This document shows positions 49,801 through 58,673 of a stretch of DNA of 64,000 bases, piece after piece; the first letter of the stretch is position 1, and each line of letters starts with the position of its first letter. The position numbers and the translations under genes were made by a program. Location of the stretch: contig OZ244999.1 of NCBI GenBank assembly GCA_965223265.1, positions 8,032,001-8,096,000 of the forward strand. The letters are read 5' to 3'. The stretch comes from Planctomycetota bacterium (GTDB taxonomy: Bacteria; Planctomycetota; UBA8108; SXIK01). Under the pieces are notes generated by a model, which saw only the letters and a list, made by a program, of their open reading frames with translations, had not been told where the DNA came from and searched no databases.

Positions 49801-50549
49801 AGGAGGTGCGGCGCTTCCACTACACCCTCGTCGACGAGAGTTTGAACACCGCAATCATCGCATGCCACAAGGACCTCACTGTCTTCGGCTGGAATCCGTG
49901 CGCGGAAAGGCTTTGGGATCTCAGCGCTTCGGAAACCCTCGGGCACGACCTCGGCAAGCTAAGGCTACCGGAGGTGCTGGAGATCAAGCGCACGGCCTCA
50001 GCCGTCGTACGCGAAGGAGTGTCGCGCGAGATCGGCAAGCGAATGTTCCGTGACCCGAGCGGCGCGGAGCGTCACGTGAGGATTCAGTTCGAGCCGGTGC
50101 TCGATCGCGACAAGAACCTGCTGGGGCTGGTCATCAGCGCCACGGACATCACTGCTGCTGTCGAGCAGGAGATCGAAGCTCGTCTCCAGGGACTTTTTGC
50201 TGAGAGCCTCTCGGAGTCGCTGCCCTCAGCGCTCATCGTGCTCGACAGCAAGGAGCGAGTGACGAGCTGGAACCGCGCCGCGGAGGTGCTGTTCGGGCTC
50301 GACGCCGAGGACGCTATTGGTGCGGATCTGTTCCAGCTTCCTACACCACTGAAGCGACAGGCGTTCCGTCGCCGCTTTGAGAAGGTGAAGGAGCAGGCGA
50401 AGCCGCGCAAGGTTCGCCTCCGACTCGATCATCGTGGCCGGGAGTCGCAGTGCCTCGTCACGCAGGCGCCCTTCCGCGGTCGAGACGACGACTGCGTTCG
50501 TGGGACGCTCCTGGTCATCGAGGCGGAAGAGACGGTGCGGCGAAAGTAG
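46803..50549 (+). CDS. Membrane protein with extracytoplasmic sensor-like region, long coiled coil and two C-terminal PAS domains
   Basis: Two TM helices, roughly 600 aa of E/Q/L/R-rich coiled coil, PAS motifs WNPCAERLW and WNRAAEVLFG. Confidence 0.85.
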   Translation: MSERTRTRSRWVVLPLAIVAIGATFVARVAVGDEREPLAGEGVAPADGSSSADEPATSATSPDAVDAVLKEVGKELDTSFLQVRGLLESEHDALMEQTAEASTPAFLGAVEALAGAGADDRTAASRLSAELDAARDAVGIERLFFVTQSDQIFSAPELPADELTKSSLVSALTSSAAAAFGTPHRNQTAAVLALPYPDEFTSPQASPRLFLVAAKAVFARPDAPYGVLLGVTSFSALRAKADSIFVSSAASLDWNVVCLTGVEAPYFALGPHSGELVPKPILAAIESEALSAVVGTQDGQPFAYRWGAVKDTSGETVGAWGVAANQRFLKALIESGVDLRSHSESANGVKPRRAKPGAALILAAAAGFIVVLFGLVFWLLRRRQSVPDGFEEDFEGDDDDYEPEEHESVPPPAPKAANGDLMTQFELNWKTFASYTQDLLRQSLKEIEEAPERDLNAVKSGVESTEAAVAKIAEELKAVRSEIGNPTNGKDEMIAQALVELKNQFSIVRDESRNSLNGVVRKITAAMNEKLGKGGGVRDVVVEAVRSQTTESQRLLEVLNDTVVGLTEMMGDRQEQETQRRLDETVSNVTAQWKEHVIQYQEQIQELTEKCEQAQQEVEDSKDLERDLRAEVEESLSREAQMERRLEEWDASSGERDTTIERQRRELEALEAQESAARAEVDTLEHKVQELQSSLTRLSEREESDKTELAELHQSAAAASARVEALTTEYEELEARHDELQQAADKQKRSQQRHVAELEETVEELRRIVGEDLGEPERLREQSRAQKKEIDALKKAFDAVKQENDHLLEENARLAESGEEQARIGQEKLHEQLETERTLVVELRKEIAEKDVEVSRRDVEIEQLKKGLEESAAASGAADIDRLRTSLLETGKELRSSLQERLRLNATITEKEADWQTRLNDLELQLAESERQRREATKKLEASQRAVEELEEQLESTQQTVRPDGGTLERLQNLKREKELLVRSMDQLRGELEKAQQEAEEVRRFHYTLVDESLNTAIIACHKDLTVFGWNPCAERLWDLSASETLGHDLGKLRLPEVLEIKRTASAVVREGVSREIGKRMFRDPSGAERHVRIQFEPVLDRDKNLLGLVISATDITAAVEQEIEARLQGLFAESLSESLPSALIVLDSKERVTSWNRAAEVLFGLDAEDAIGADLFQLPTPLKRQAFRRRFEKVKEQAKPRKVRLRLDHRGRESQCLVTQAPFRGRDDDCVRGTLLVIEAEETVRRK

Positions 50550-50607
50550 TCGAGACGCGAGACGATATCGTCGTCTGAGCAGCTTCGTACGCTGCCCGAC
50601 GCCTATC

Positions 50608-50856
50608 TCACTGGTCAAGCGCAGCTTCGAGGGCGGATCGGAGAGCGTCAGGATCGATGCGCCCGGCGCCGAGCTCGACGTCGTCAAGCGTCACCACCGG
50701 TATACGGTATCGGTAGAGTGCGAAGGTGGCCGGGTCGCGACGCACGTCGACCGTGGTGAGCTGAAGATCGTGCTCGGCGGCAAGAGAGCGCGCCACTGGT
50801 AGCGCCAAATCGCAGAGACTGCAGCCGGGTTTGGTGTAGAAAAGGAGCTGCTTCAC
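50608..50856 (-). CDS. Glutaredoxin-like protein (DUF836 type)
   Basis: YTKPGCSLCD...YRYRIPVV. Confidence 0.85.
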   Translation of the reverse strand: MKQLLFYTKPGCSLCDLALPVARSLAAEHDLQLTTVDVRRDPATFALYRYRIPVVTLDDVELGAGRIDPDALRSALEAALDQ

Positions 50857-51231
50857 GGTCGTTCCGTCGTTGAATCAGTGACAGCATTCACCACATCGGC
50901 GGTATCGATACCGAGCGCTCGTGCGAGAGCGAGGGCGTTCGGGACGAGAGAATCTGCTCCGCATCAGAACATCCGCCCGCGGCGCCGACAAGACGACTCC
51001 CGCGCCGCTAGGCGGAGGAACCGAAGCAGCTCGCGTTCACCGCCGGAAACGCTCCGTGCACCGTTCGCGTCAGTCAGAAGTTTGGGCGCGCTCACGTGCT
51101 GGCGCGCGTGGAGCTTCGCCGGAGCGGCGCTTTGTGGTCGCATGACTTTTTCTCAGCTCGCCTGTTACCATAGAGACTGCACCCCCGAAGAGCACGAGCG
51201 CAACGATTGACGGAAGAAGGAGTCTCGAGGG

Positions 51232-52368
51232 ATGAGTGAGAAGAACAGACAGTCGCGTCGCCGCTTTTTGAAGAAAGCCTCACTTGCCGCTGCGCCGCTC
51301 GTCGGGGGGCTCCCTGCGGCTTCCTATGGACGCGTCGACGGTGCCAACGAATTCCTGCGGCTGGCCTGGATCGGCGTCGGCGGCCGCGGCACGTCGCTGC
51401 TCGATCGCGCTTTGCGCAGCGTGTCGGTCTCGACGCTGCGGGTCGCCGCGATCTGCGACATCGATCCCGCGGCGCGCGAGCGTGGCATCAAGAAGTGCGC
51501 GGGCATGCGTCCTGATGCTGTCCATGACTACCGCGAACTACTCGATCGCCAGGATATCGATGCGATCTTCATCGCTACGCCCATCTACCTGCATCGAGAG
51601 CATGCTGTTGCGGTTGCGGCCGCAGGCAAGCACGCGTACTGCGAAAAGCCTCTCGGACGCACACCGCAGGAAGTCAAAGACGTCTACGAAGCGGTCAAAC
51701 GCTCTGGCACCAAGTTTCAGGTCGGATTTCAGTGGCGCTATCAAGGCGGTTTTCTCGCGTTCGTCGACGTCGTCCAAAGCGGTCGCATCGGCAAGGTCAA
51801 TTTCATTGATGCGAAGCGGCACGTCGGGGGCTATCCGACGTCGGGCTGGTACGTCGATCGCAATCTCTCCGGCGACCTGATCGTCGAGCAGGCGGTGCAT
51901 GAAATGAACGTCTTCTGCTGGATGCTGCGCTCGCACCCGCTCCGCGCCGCCGGGTTCGGTGGCATCAACGAACTCAACGGCGTGCCGAAGGAGCGGACGA
52001 TCATGGATCACTACGCACTGACGTACGAATTCCCGCACGATATCACGCTCCACTACAGCCACTGCGTGTATACGCCGAGCGGCTTCGGTGGCCTCCTGTT
52101 CCAGGTTTACGGCAGCGACAAAAAAGGAGCTTCGCTCGATGGCGGGCAGCTCCATGTGACGCAAGATCAGCGTCGCAAGAAGATTGAGCTCGAGCCGTGG
52201 GGCGACGCTACTGAAGCGGCCATACAGTCATTCGCAAAGTCCATCCGCGAGGACCGCGAGCCACTGGCGAATGTCGATGCCGGTCGCGCCGCGACGCTGA
52301 TGGCAATCTTGGGTCGCACGGCGATCCATGAGCGTCGTGTGGTCGATTGGGCTGAGGTAGCGATTTGA
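51232..52368 (+). CDS. Gfo/Idh/MocA family oxidoreductase with Tat signal
   Basis: SRRRFLK Tat motif, IGVGGRG, IATP, YCEKP, QVGFQWR. Confidence 0.93.
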   Translation: MSEKNRQSRRRFLKKASLAAAPLVGGLPAASYGRVDGANEFLRLAWIGVGGRGTSLLDRALRSVSVSTLRVAAICDIDPAARERGIKKCAGMRPDAVHDYRELLDRQDIDAIFIATPIYLHREHAVAVAAAGKHAYCEKPLGRTPQEVKDVYEAVKRSGTKFQVGFQWRYQGGFLAFVDVVQSGRIGKVNFIDAKRHVGGYPTSGWYVDRNLSGDLIVEQAVHEMNVFCWMLRSHPLRAAGFGGINELNGVPKERTIMDHYALTYEFPHDITLHYSHCVYTPSGFGGLLFQVYGSDKKGASLDGGQLHVTQDQRRKKIELEPWGDATEAAIQSFAKSIREDREPLANVDAGRAATLMAILGRTAIHERRVVDWAEVAI

Positions 52369-52559
52369 TCGCAACGGCGATGCTTGGCGCGGCGCTGGTG
52401 ACGACGGTGACGTCAAAGAATCGCGTGCGCTGGGTCCCCGACGCTCGCGTTCGGCGGGCGACCTCTAGTCGTTGCGAGTCAGTCGGACGAGAACGGGCGC
52501 CTCTGCCGCCGCTCCGCGCGCCCGGCGAACCGCCGCCGCTGTCGAGATTTCGCCGCTTC

Positions 52560-53507
52560 TCAGGCGTGGACGTGCGCCTCGTACCAGTCGACGGTCTTCG
52601 TGATCCCTTCGGCGAAGCTGACCCGCGGTTCATAGCCGAGGGCGTCGCGGGCCGCATCGATGGACGCCAGTGAATCGCGCACGTCTCCGGCGCGCGGTTC
52701 GGAGTGATCCGCTTCGGACACGGCGCGCTCACCGATGCGATCGCGGATGAGCGTGAACAGCTCATTCACCGAGTGCGATCCTCCACACGCGATGTTGTAG
52801 GCCTTGCCGCATGCCGCGGTGGGGCATTCGATCGCATGCAGATTCGCGTCGACGACGTTGTCGACGAAGGTGAAGTCTCGAGTCTGTTCTCCGTCGCCGT
52901 GAATGGTTGGCGCTTTGCCGGCCAGCAAGTTCGCGGTGAAGGCTGGCACCACGGCGGCGTAGGCTGAGTTTGGGTCCTGCCGCGGTCCGAAAACGTTGAA
53001 GTAACGCAGGGCGACCGTCTCGAGGCCATAGGCTTCGAAGAAAACGCAGGTGTAGGCCTCTGCGGCGAGCTTCGTCACCGCATAGGGCGAGAGTGGGCGT
53101 GGCTGGAGCGTCTCGGTCTTGACGCGTTCAGGAGCGTTGCCGTAGACGGAGGACGACGACGCGAAAACGAATCGCCGCACGCCCGTTTCACGAGCGGCGA
53201 CGAGGAGGTTGAGGGTGCCTGTAATGTTGACGTCGTGGCTGGTCTGAGGGTCCTTGACGCTGCGCGGTACTGATCCCAGCGCCGCCTCATGAAAAACGGC
53301 GTCGACACCGCAGCACGCCTTCACGCAAACCGACGGGTTGCGAATGTCTCCATCGATGATCTGCACGTTGCGCTCGATCTCATCGAGGTTTTCGCGACGG
53401 CCGGTGGAAAAGTTATCGAGAATGACCGTTTCGTGGCCAGCCGCCAAGAGGCGATGGACCAAGTGCGAACCGATGAACCCGCCACCGCCCGTCACCAATG
53501 CTTTCAC
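52560..53507 (-). CDS. NAD-dependent nucleotide-sugar 4-epimerase (WbpP/TviC-like SDR)
   Basis: GGGGFIGS, HEAALGSVPRS, SSSSVYG, YAVTK, LRYFNVFGPRQDP; GTG start. Confidence 0.93.
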   Translation of the reverse strand: MKALVTGGGGFIGSHLVHRLLAAGHETVILDNFSTGRRENLDEIERNVQIIDGDIRNPSVCVKACCGVDAVFHEAALGSVPRSVKDPQTSHDVNITGTLNLLVAARETGVRRFVFASSSSVYGNAPERVKTETLQPRPLSPYAVTKLAAEAYTCVFFEAYGLETVALRYFNVFGPRQDPNSAYAAVVPAFTANLLAGKAPTIHGDGEQTRDFTFVDNVVDANLHAIECPTAACGKAYNIACGGSHSVNELFTLIRDRIGERAVSEADHSEPRAGDVRDSLASIDAARDALGYEPRVSFAEGITKTVDWYEAHVHA

Positions 53508-53966
53508 CGCTGGTTCTCCTTCTCCGCCGATCAGTTTCACCCAAGAGACGTACTGACGTCGTCTCTTTGTCTTCGGGTTTTGCAGTCGGGAAAGTTTAGC
53601 CAGGTGCGACGGTCGAACATCCGGGTAGAGGGAAAACGAACGCTTTGCGCTGCGGTTTCGCCACCGCGACCATCCGATAAGTCTGCTGGGCGAACATCTG
53701 CTCGCCGAAAAAAGACCTAAGGGTGCTGGCACTGTCGTGAATGCCATCAATTCGTCTTGACCCCACAGCCCGTTCTCAGCTATCGTAGGGCCGTGAATGA
53801 GGAAAGCACTTCTGAAGGATTGCCCAGGGTCGTAAGTTCACGTTGCGCGGATAGAACCCTAAATTCATCCTGCCGTGGGACTGATCGCGTGGACTAGGGC
53901 GCGGGGCTGCCCTCCATCGAACTTCGGTTCGGCTTTATAGGCCTTTTCGGTCGACGTTCTGCTGTC

Positions 53967-55382
53967 ATGTTCCCTCTGTTTCGTCAACGTGTCAGCCGAC
54001 GCGTGCTCGCGTTGGCGCTGGTCGAATTCTGCGTGCTCGTCACCGCTGCAGCCGGGTTCGTGATCGTGCGCAGCGATGTCGTCTCGACGGTGGACACTGT
54101 CTCCAGACTTGCGCTGCCGGTGTTTTCGTTCGCGGCGGCGACGCTGGTTCAGTTTTCGCTCGCGTCGTTTGGGCTCTATGTGGCGAGCAGTATGTATTCG
54201 CGTCGACGTGTGCTCATCAGCCTGGCCGGAAGTTGGGTGCTCGTCGCAGTTCTATTTACGCCGCTGTGCGTCTCCTTCGCGTACGCAGCTGGCGACGCTT
54301 TCGCCTTCGGTGTTGGAAGCCACTTGCTTCTTGTCACGTTCGTCCTCGGAGTGATCTTGCTGGTGCGTCTCGCCTTTCTTCGGGCCACGGGTGCCGCATC
54401 GTTTCTTGGCAACGTCCTCTTGGTCGGCTCGGACGAACACACAGGCGACATGCTGCGCCAGGCCTACAACAGTCATGGCGGTCACCTGCGGGTAGTCGGC
54501 GTCGTCGATGGCGCGGGTGCGACGTCGGGCAGTGAGTTCAACTCTGTACCGCCTGTTGGTTCGGTTGAGGACCTTGAGTCGGTGGTCGATGAGATGGGCG
54601 TCGACACGTTGATCATTTGCATGCCCTACCAGGACGAACGGCTACCATTCGACGCGCTGATGAACTGTCAGCTGAAGGGCAAACGGGTGCTCGATTCTGG
54701 CAGCTTCTATGAGAGCCTGACGCATCGCGTTTTGGTGTCGCGGATTGACCCTAACTGGATTCCCTCGCCGGATTGCTACCGCCTGAGTCGCTTCCGTTGG
54801 CTGATGAAATGGACGTGCGAGTGGATCGTCGCGGCGGCCGCCCTCCTGCTTGCACTCGTGCCCTTGACGTTGGTCGCACTGCTGAGGCGACTGACCTGCC
54901 GTGGACCGCTCTTCTCCTACGAAGAGCGCGTGGGCAAGAATGGACGCCAGATCAAACTGCACCAGTTCACGATAGCAGGCGCGACTTCGGCCGTTGGCCG
55001 TGCCATCGAGCGTTGGCTTTCGCATTCCGCTGTTCGGACATGGCCGCGCCTGATCAATGTATTGTGCGGGCAGCTTTCCTTCGTTGGACCGCGACCTGAA
55101 ACGCGCGGTCGAGTTGAGGAGCGCATGACCGTCGAGCCCCTTTACCATCACCGCCACTTCATCCGGCCCGGGATCATCGCCTGGGGGGACATCTACTCGG
55201 TCGTGCCAGAACCTACCGATCCAGCGGAGATGGCTCGTCTTCAGCTCGGCTACGATCTCTACTACTTGAAGCACATGACGCTGTTCTTCGATGCGTTGAT
55301 CGTCTTGGCGTGGTTTGTGGGCTGGCGAGGCTCGAGCCGATCGACGAATCGTACCGCAGGCGGGCGGTTCGCCGTGCGCTGA
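53967..55382 (+). CDS. Polyprenyl-phosphate glycosylphosphotransferase (priming sugar transferase) homolog, degenerate
   Basis: 4 TM helices + CoA-binding-like domain + Bac_transf-like C-terminus (ERVGKNGR, SFVGPRPE, YDLYYLKH); KFRSM and DELPQ motifs replaced. Confidence 0.8.
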   Translation: MFPLFRQRVSRRVLALALVEFCVLVTAAAGFVIVRSDVVSTVDTVSRLALPVFSFAAATLVQFSLASFGLYVASSMYSRRRVLISLAGSWVLVAVLFTPLCVSFAYAAGDAFAFGVGSHLLLVTFVLGVILLVRLAFLRATGAASFLGNVLLVGSDEHTGDMLRQAYNSHGGHLRVVGVVDGAGATSGSEFNSVPPVGSVEDLESVVDEMGVDTLIICMPYQDERLPFDALMNCQLKGKRVLDSGSFYESLTHRVLVSRIDPNWIPSPDCYRLSRFRWLMKWTCEWIVAAAALLLALVPLTLVALLRRLTCRGPLFSYEERVGKNGRQIKLHQFTIAGATSAVGRAIERWLSHSAVRTWPRLINVLCGQLSFVGPRPETRGRVEERMTVEPLYHHRHFIRPGIIAWGDIYSVVPEPTDPAEMARLQLGYDLYYLKHMTLFFDALIVLAWFVGWRGSSRSTNRTAGGRFAVR

Positions 55383-55487
55383 GAGCCCCGGCGGGCGCGA
55401 TCTGACGCTGGCGGGCGTGGAGAGAGGGGCATTGGGCGCGCGCACGAAGGCGTTCTGAACGCAGGAGGTCGCCGCGTCCGTCGAGAC

Positions 55488-57488
55488 TCAGCGTGCGCGA
55501 CGTAGATTCGCCGGGGAGACGGGGCTTTGGGCGTCGGCTTTCGTCGTCGCCGAGGCAGATACCGTCTCCGGCGCCAGCGCCCACCCCGCGGCGCGGCCGA
55601 GCTGCGTCACGCCCCCGGGCCAATAGGCGCGCTCAGCGAGGAACGGATTCAGATAGGCGTACGCCTGGTCGGCCCCCTCCCAGCCCTCACGCATCGCGAT
55701 GAGGATCATCAGGCGCGCGGACTTGCCATGGTGATCGAACCATGCCTCTGCCGCGTTGCGAGATCCCTTGATGCCGCGTTCGAAGAGCTCCGCGTAAGTG
55801 TCGAAGTAGTCGATCGTGTCGCCGGAGCGAACGCCCACGGGGTGAACGTTCACCATCGGTGCACCAAACTCGCGTGGGTAGTCGGGGCTGAGGAACATAT
55901 CGAGCGTGAAACGCACGATGCGGTCACGCACGGCGAGTCCACCGCGGAACCCCTGCGCGTTGGCGTGGTCGATGGACCAAGCTAGGTACTCGCGCTGCCA
56001 TGTCGAGATATAGACATTGTTGGTACTGTCTTTGAACTTGCCCTCGAAGACGGTTCCCAACGGCGGCTGGTGCGATGCCGCATAACGATCAAGAAACGCA
56101 AGGTTGTTGGTGACGATTCTCCCGAAGTACTCACTGTAGGGCGAGGCGTCGGGAAGGTAAGCAGCGCAATCGACTAAGTTGCGCAGGCCCCAAGCGAAGC
56201 CGCGGGTATCGTTGTGTTTTTCGATGAGACCTTCGCCGCCGCCGCGGTCCTGTTTGCGCGTTCCAGGCCACGTCGAGAGGACGACGTAGTTGGCCCAGAA
56301 CGCCATTTCATCAGCGAAGAAGCGATCACCCGTTGTGAGATACGGCACGTACGCGAGCGAGGGCTGGTGATTGTTGTCCGGCCTGAGCTCGCCCAGTCCC
56401 TGCTTCATGCCGCTACCGCCTCGCGGTTTGTTTTCCGGTTCGCTGCGCGGATCCATCCAGTAGTTCGGTCGTTCATCGAGCCTGACAAGCGAGAGATCAG
56501 GGTTACGAACGTGAACCGGCCACGAACCAGCAAGCTCACCTTGTCGTAGAACCGTGCGTTTCTGCGCCTCGGTTCGGTGAGCCAAGAAGATCGCGGTCCA
56601 GTCTGGGTACGGCGCGATCTCGCTTCGGCCGCCCGGTGCTGGCATGGACTTGTTGAGTCTTCCCGCCGTCAGAATGTCAAAGTCCGAACGCCGGTTCTCA
56701 TCGACGATGAGCGCCGACATGTAACGAGGCAGCGCGCCCGCGGCGAAGCATGGTTCGAAGTCTGGCGTCAAGCTCGACAGTCGTTCGCCGACGAAGAACG
56801 TCCGACGCCATCGCGTAAGGTAGGGGTGAATGACGCGTTCACGGGCGAAGAGCTCTTCGCCGCCGGCGAGGACACGGACGGAGTAGGCGACCTGGCCGGC
56901 GATCGGCTGATCCAAGACGTTCTCCACGGTCACGTCGACGCGATACGAGTCGTCGCGGTAGTACCGAACGTCGAAGATCACGCGGAGGAATTTGTGGGCA
57001 TCACCGACAGCGGAAGCCGGTGCGACGATGGCCCGGCTTTCCACCGCCAGGGGTCCGTGGAGCCAGAGGTCCCCCGTCGGCGGTGGCAGTCTCGCACTGA
57101 GAGCTGCGTCGCTTGTGTTCACCTGTACTACGACGTCCGGCCACGACGTCGGCTCGAACGAATCTCCCGGGGGGGCATCGGCGTCGAGCACCAAGTAGCG
57201 GCCAGGACGCTCAATGCGTGCTGTCAGCACTGCGAAGCGAACCGAGCCGTCGTCCCAGCGATTCTTAATGTCCACTTGGGTTTCGAGCTGGCCGATCCGC
57301 AGGCCGCTCGGCGCGGCGCCGCGTGGCACGACCTGGCCGAAGGTCGCCCAGCCTTCAGTGAGCCTGATCGAGGCGACCGTACCTGCCTTGCCGACACCAG
57401 CGCAGCTGAGTAGGAGAAAGGCACTCACGAAGAGTGTCTGCGTCGTCGGTGGTCGACGGGTCGTCGGCACGTGTGTCGTCGCTTTCAT
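55488..57488 (-). CDS. Secreted hypothetical protein, possible alpha/alpha-barrel polysaccharide lyase/hydrolase-like
   Basis: Signal peptide; TFGQVVPRG...RWDDGSVRFAVL N-terminal beta domain; HQPSLAYVPYLTTGD and RGFAWGLR. Confidence 0.6.
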   Translation of the reverse strand: MKATTHVPTTRRPPTTQTLFVSAFLLLSCAGVGKAGTVASIRLTEGWATFGQVVPRGAAPSGLRIGQLETQVDIKNRWDDGSVRFAVLTARIERPGRYLVLDADAPPGDSFEPTSWPDVVVQVNTSDAALSARLPPPTGDLWLHGPLAVESRAIVAPASAVGDAHKFLRVIFDVRYYRDDSYRVDVTVENVLDQPIAGQVAYSVRVLAGGEELFARERVIHPYLTRWRRTFFVGERLSSLTPDFEPCFAAGALPRYMSALIVDENRRSDFDILTAGRLNKSMPAPGGRSEIAPYPDWTAIFLAHRTEAQKRTVLRQGELAGSWPVHVRNPDLSLVRLDERPNYWMDPRSEPENKPRGGSGMKQGLGELRPDNNHQPSLAYVPYLTTGDRFFADEMAFWANYVVLSTWPGTRKQDRGGGEGLIEKHNDTRGFAWGLRNLVDCAAYLPDASPYSEYFGRIVTNNLAFLDRYAASHQPPLGTVFEGKFKDSTNNVYISTWQREYLAWSIDHANAQGFRGGLAVRDRIVRFTLDMFLSPDYPREFGAPMVNVHPVGVRSGDTIDYFDTYAELFERGIKGSRNAAEAWFDHHGKSARLMILIAMREGWEGADQAYAYLNPFLAERAYWPGGVTQLGRAAGWALAPETVSASATTKADAQSPVSPANLRRAR

Positions 57489-57658
57489 ATCAGCTCTGGA
57501 ATCTCAGTGAGTCGTCGCCTTTTCGCGGCGCACGGTGTTGACGATCGGGGGAGCTCTCCTTGAGTCGGCGGACACTTACGGTTCAATTGAAGGTTAGGGA
57601 AGGATTGGGGGTACTTATCGAACCGTGGCTGCGGAAGATCATTCTACGTCGTGATTCC

Positions 57659-58015
57659 TCAAGGCACCTCGAACCGCGCCTCGGGACTCAATTGGCTCTC
57701 ATTGCCGCTCGAGTCGTAAGCGACGATCGAAACGTAGTAAGTCCCGGGTGCTAGCCGATCGAGGACGATTTCGTTCGTTTTGCCGACGTCCGTCACGACC
57801 TCGTAATTCGCGGGCTCACGACCGTCGTAGACGCGGTAGCCCGCAAGATCTGCGAGCGGCGATCCATCTTCGTCCAACTGCGAAGTGTCCCACGTCAGCG
57901 CCAATGAGTGTCCGCTCTCGTCGGTGCGCGAGACCGGCCCGTCGCGCTCACTGTTTGCGCAGCCCAACCCCAGAATCAGAGGCACGATCAGTAGCCGCCT
58001 CACTTCTCTCTCCAT
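57659..58015 (-). CDS. Fibronectin type III lipoprotein
   Basis: Lipobox GLGC; LTWD...LAGYRVY...LAPGTYYVSIVAYDSSGNES. Confidence 0.85.
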   Translation of the reverse strand: MEREVRRLLIVPLILGLGCANSERDGPVSRTDESGHSLALTWDTSQLDEDGSPLADLAGYRVYDGREPANYEVVTDVGKTNEIVLDRLAPGTYYVSIVAYDSSGNESQLSPEARFEVP

Positions 58016-58076
58016 CCTTTTTTCTCCCTGCTGCGTGCTGTTGGGTGCCCGCCGATTGTGCGGTCGCAGGAGACGT

Positions 58077-58092
58077 TGCAACCGTCGTTCCA
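58077..58092 (-). promoter_or_regulatory. Putative sigma-54 promoter for the FN3 lipoprotein gene
   Basis: Minus strand reads TGGAACGACGGTTGCA, about 60 bp upstream of the start codon. Confidence 0.55.
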
Positions 58093-58535
58093 AGGCGCTG
58101 GCCCAGCCTCGCCGCAGTAACTAAGTGAGGCGACTTGCATGCGTTACAGCGTGTGCGACGGTGACCTCGGAGCCCGGCGCACGATGGTAGGAACGCGTTG
58201 GACGTCGACGGTGTTCTGCGACTGAGGCGAAGCTCAACCGATTGGGCGCGAATGATTTACCGGCCGAGCCGGTAACGATCGGGGCGGCTAGGGCGAGATG
58301 ACATGGTGGGCGCGCCTCGATCGCCGCGCGGTCCGCTTTGTCGGGAAGCTCAACACCAACGACCGGACCCAGGACGCGCGCCCTCGTGTGCACGACGAGC
58401 GCCGGAAAACCCGACACACCTTCGACGAAAAGTTGCCGGCACCATGATGACGGTGACGATCGCCGGCTGTCGCTGATTCGTTAATCGGTTGAGCACAAAG
58501 CAGTAGCGAACATCTATCGATCGCCGTGCGAACTG

Positions 58536-58551
58536 TGGCCCGATGTTTGCT
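58536..58551 (+). promoter_or_regulatory. Putative sigma-54 promoter for the dockerin-FN3 gene
   Basis: TGGCCCGATGTTTGCT. Confidence 0.55.
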
Positions 58552-58673
58552 TAGGACGTGCCCGGTACAAGATCGCCGTTTGGAAGGGGGGTGTCTTCCG
58601 TCGGCGTCCCGTTTTCCAGCCGAATGACTCTGTTCAACAGGCTGCCACGGTTCTCCCCAGGAAGTCCAACAGC

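Noticed and set aside
53797-53812. RNase P RNA (GAGGAAAG)
   Set aside because: It does not continue as GAGGAAAGTCC and no other conserved RNase P segments are seen.
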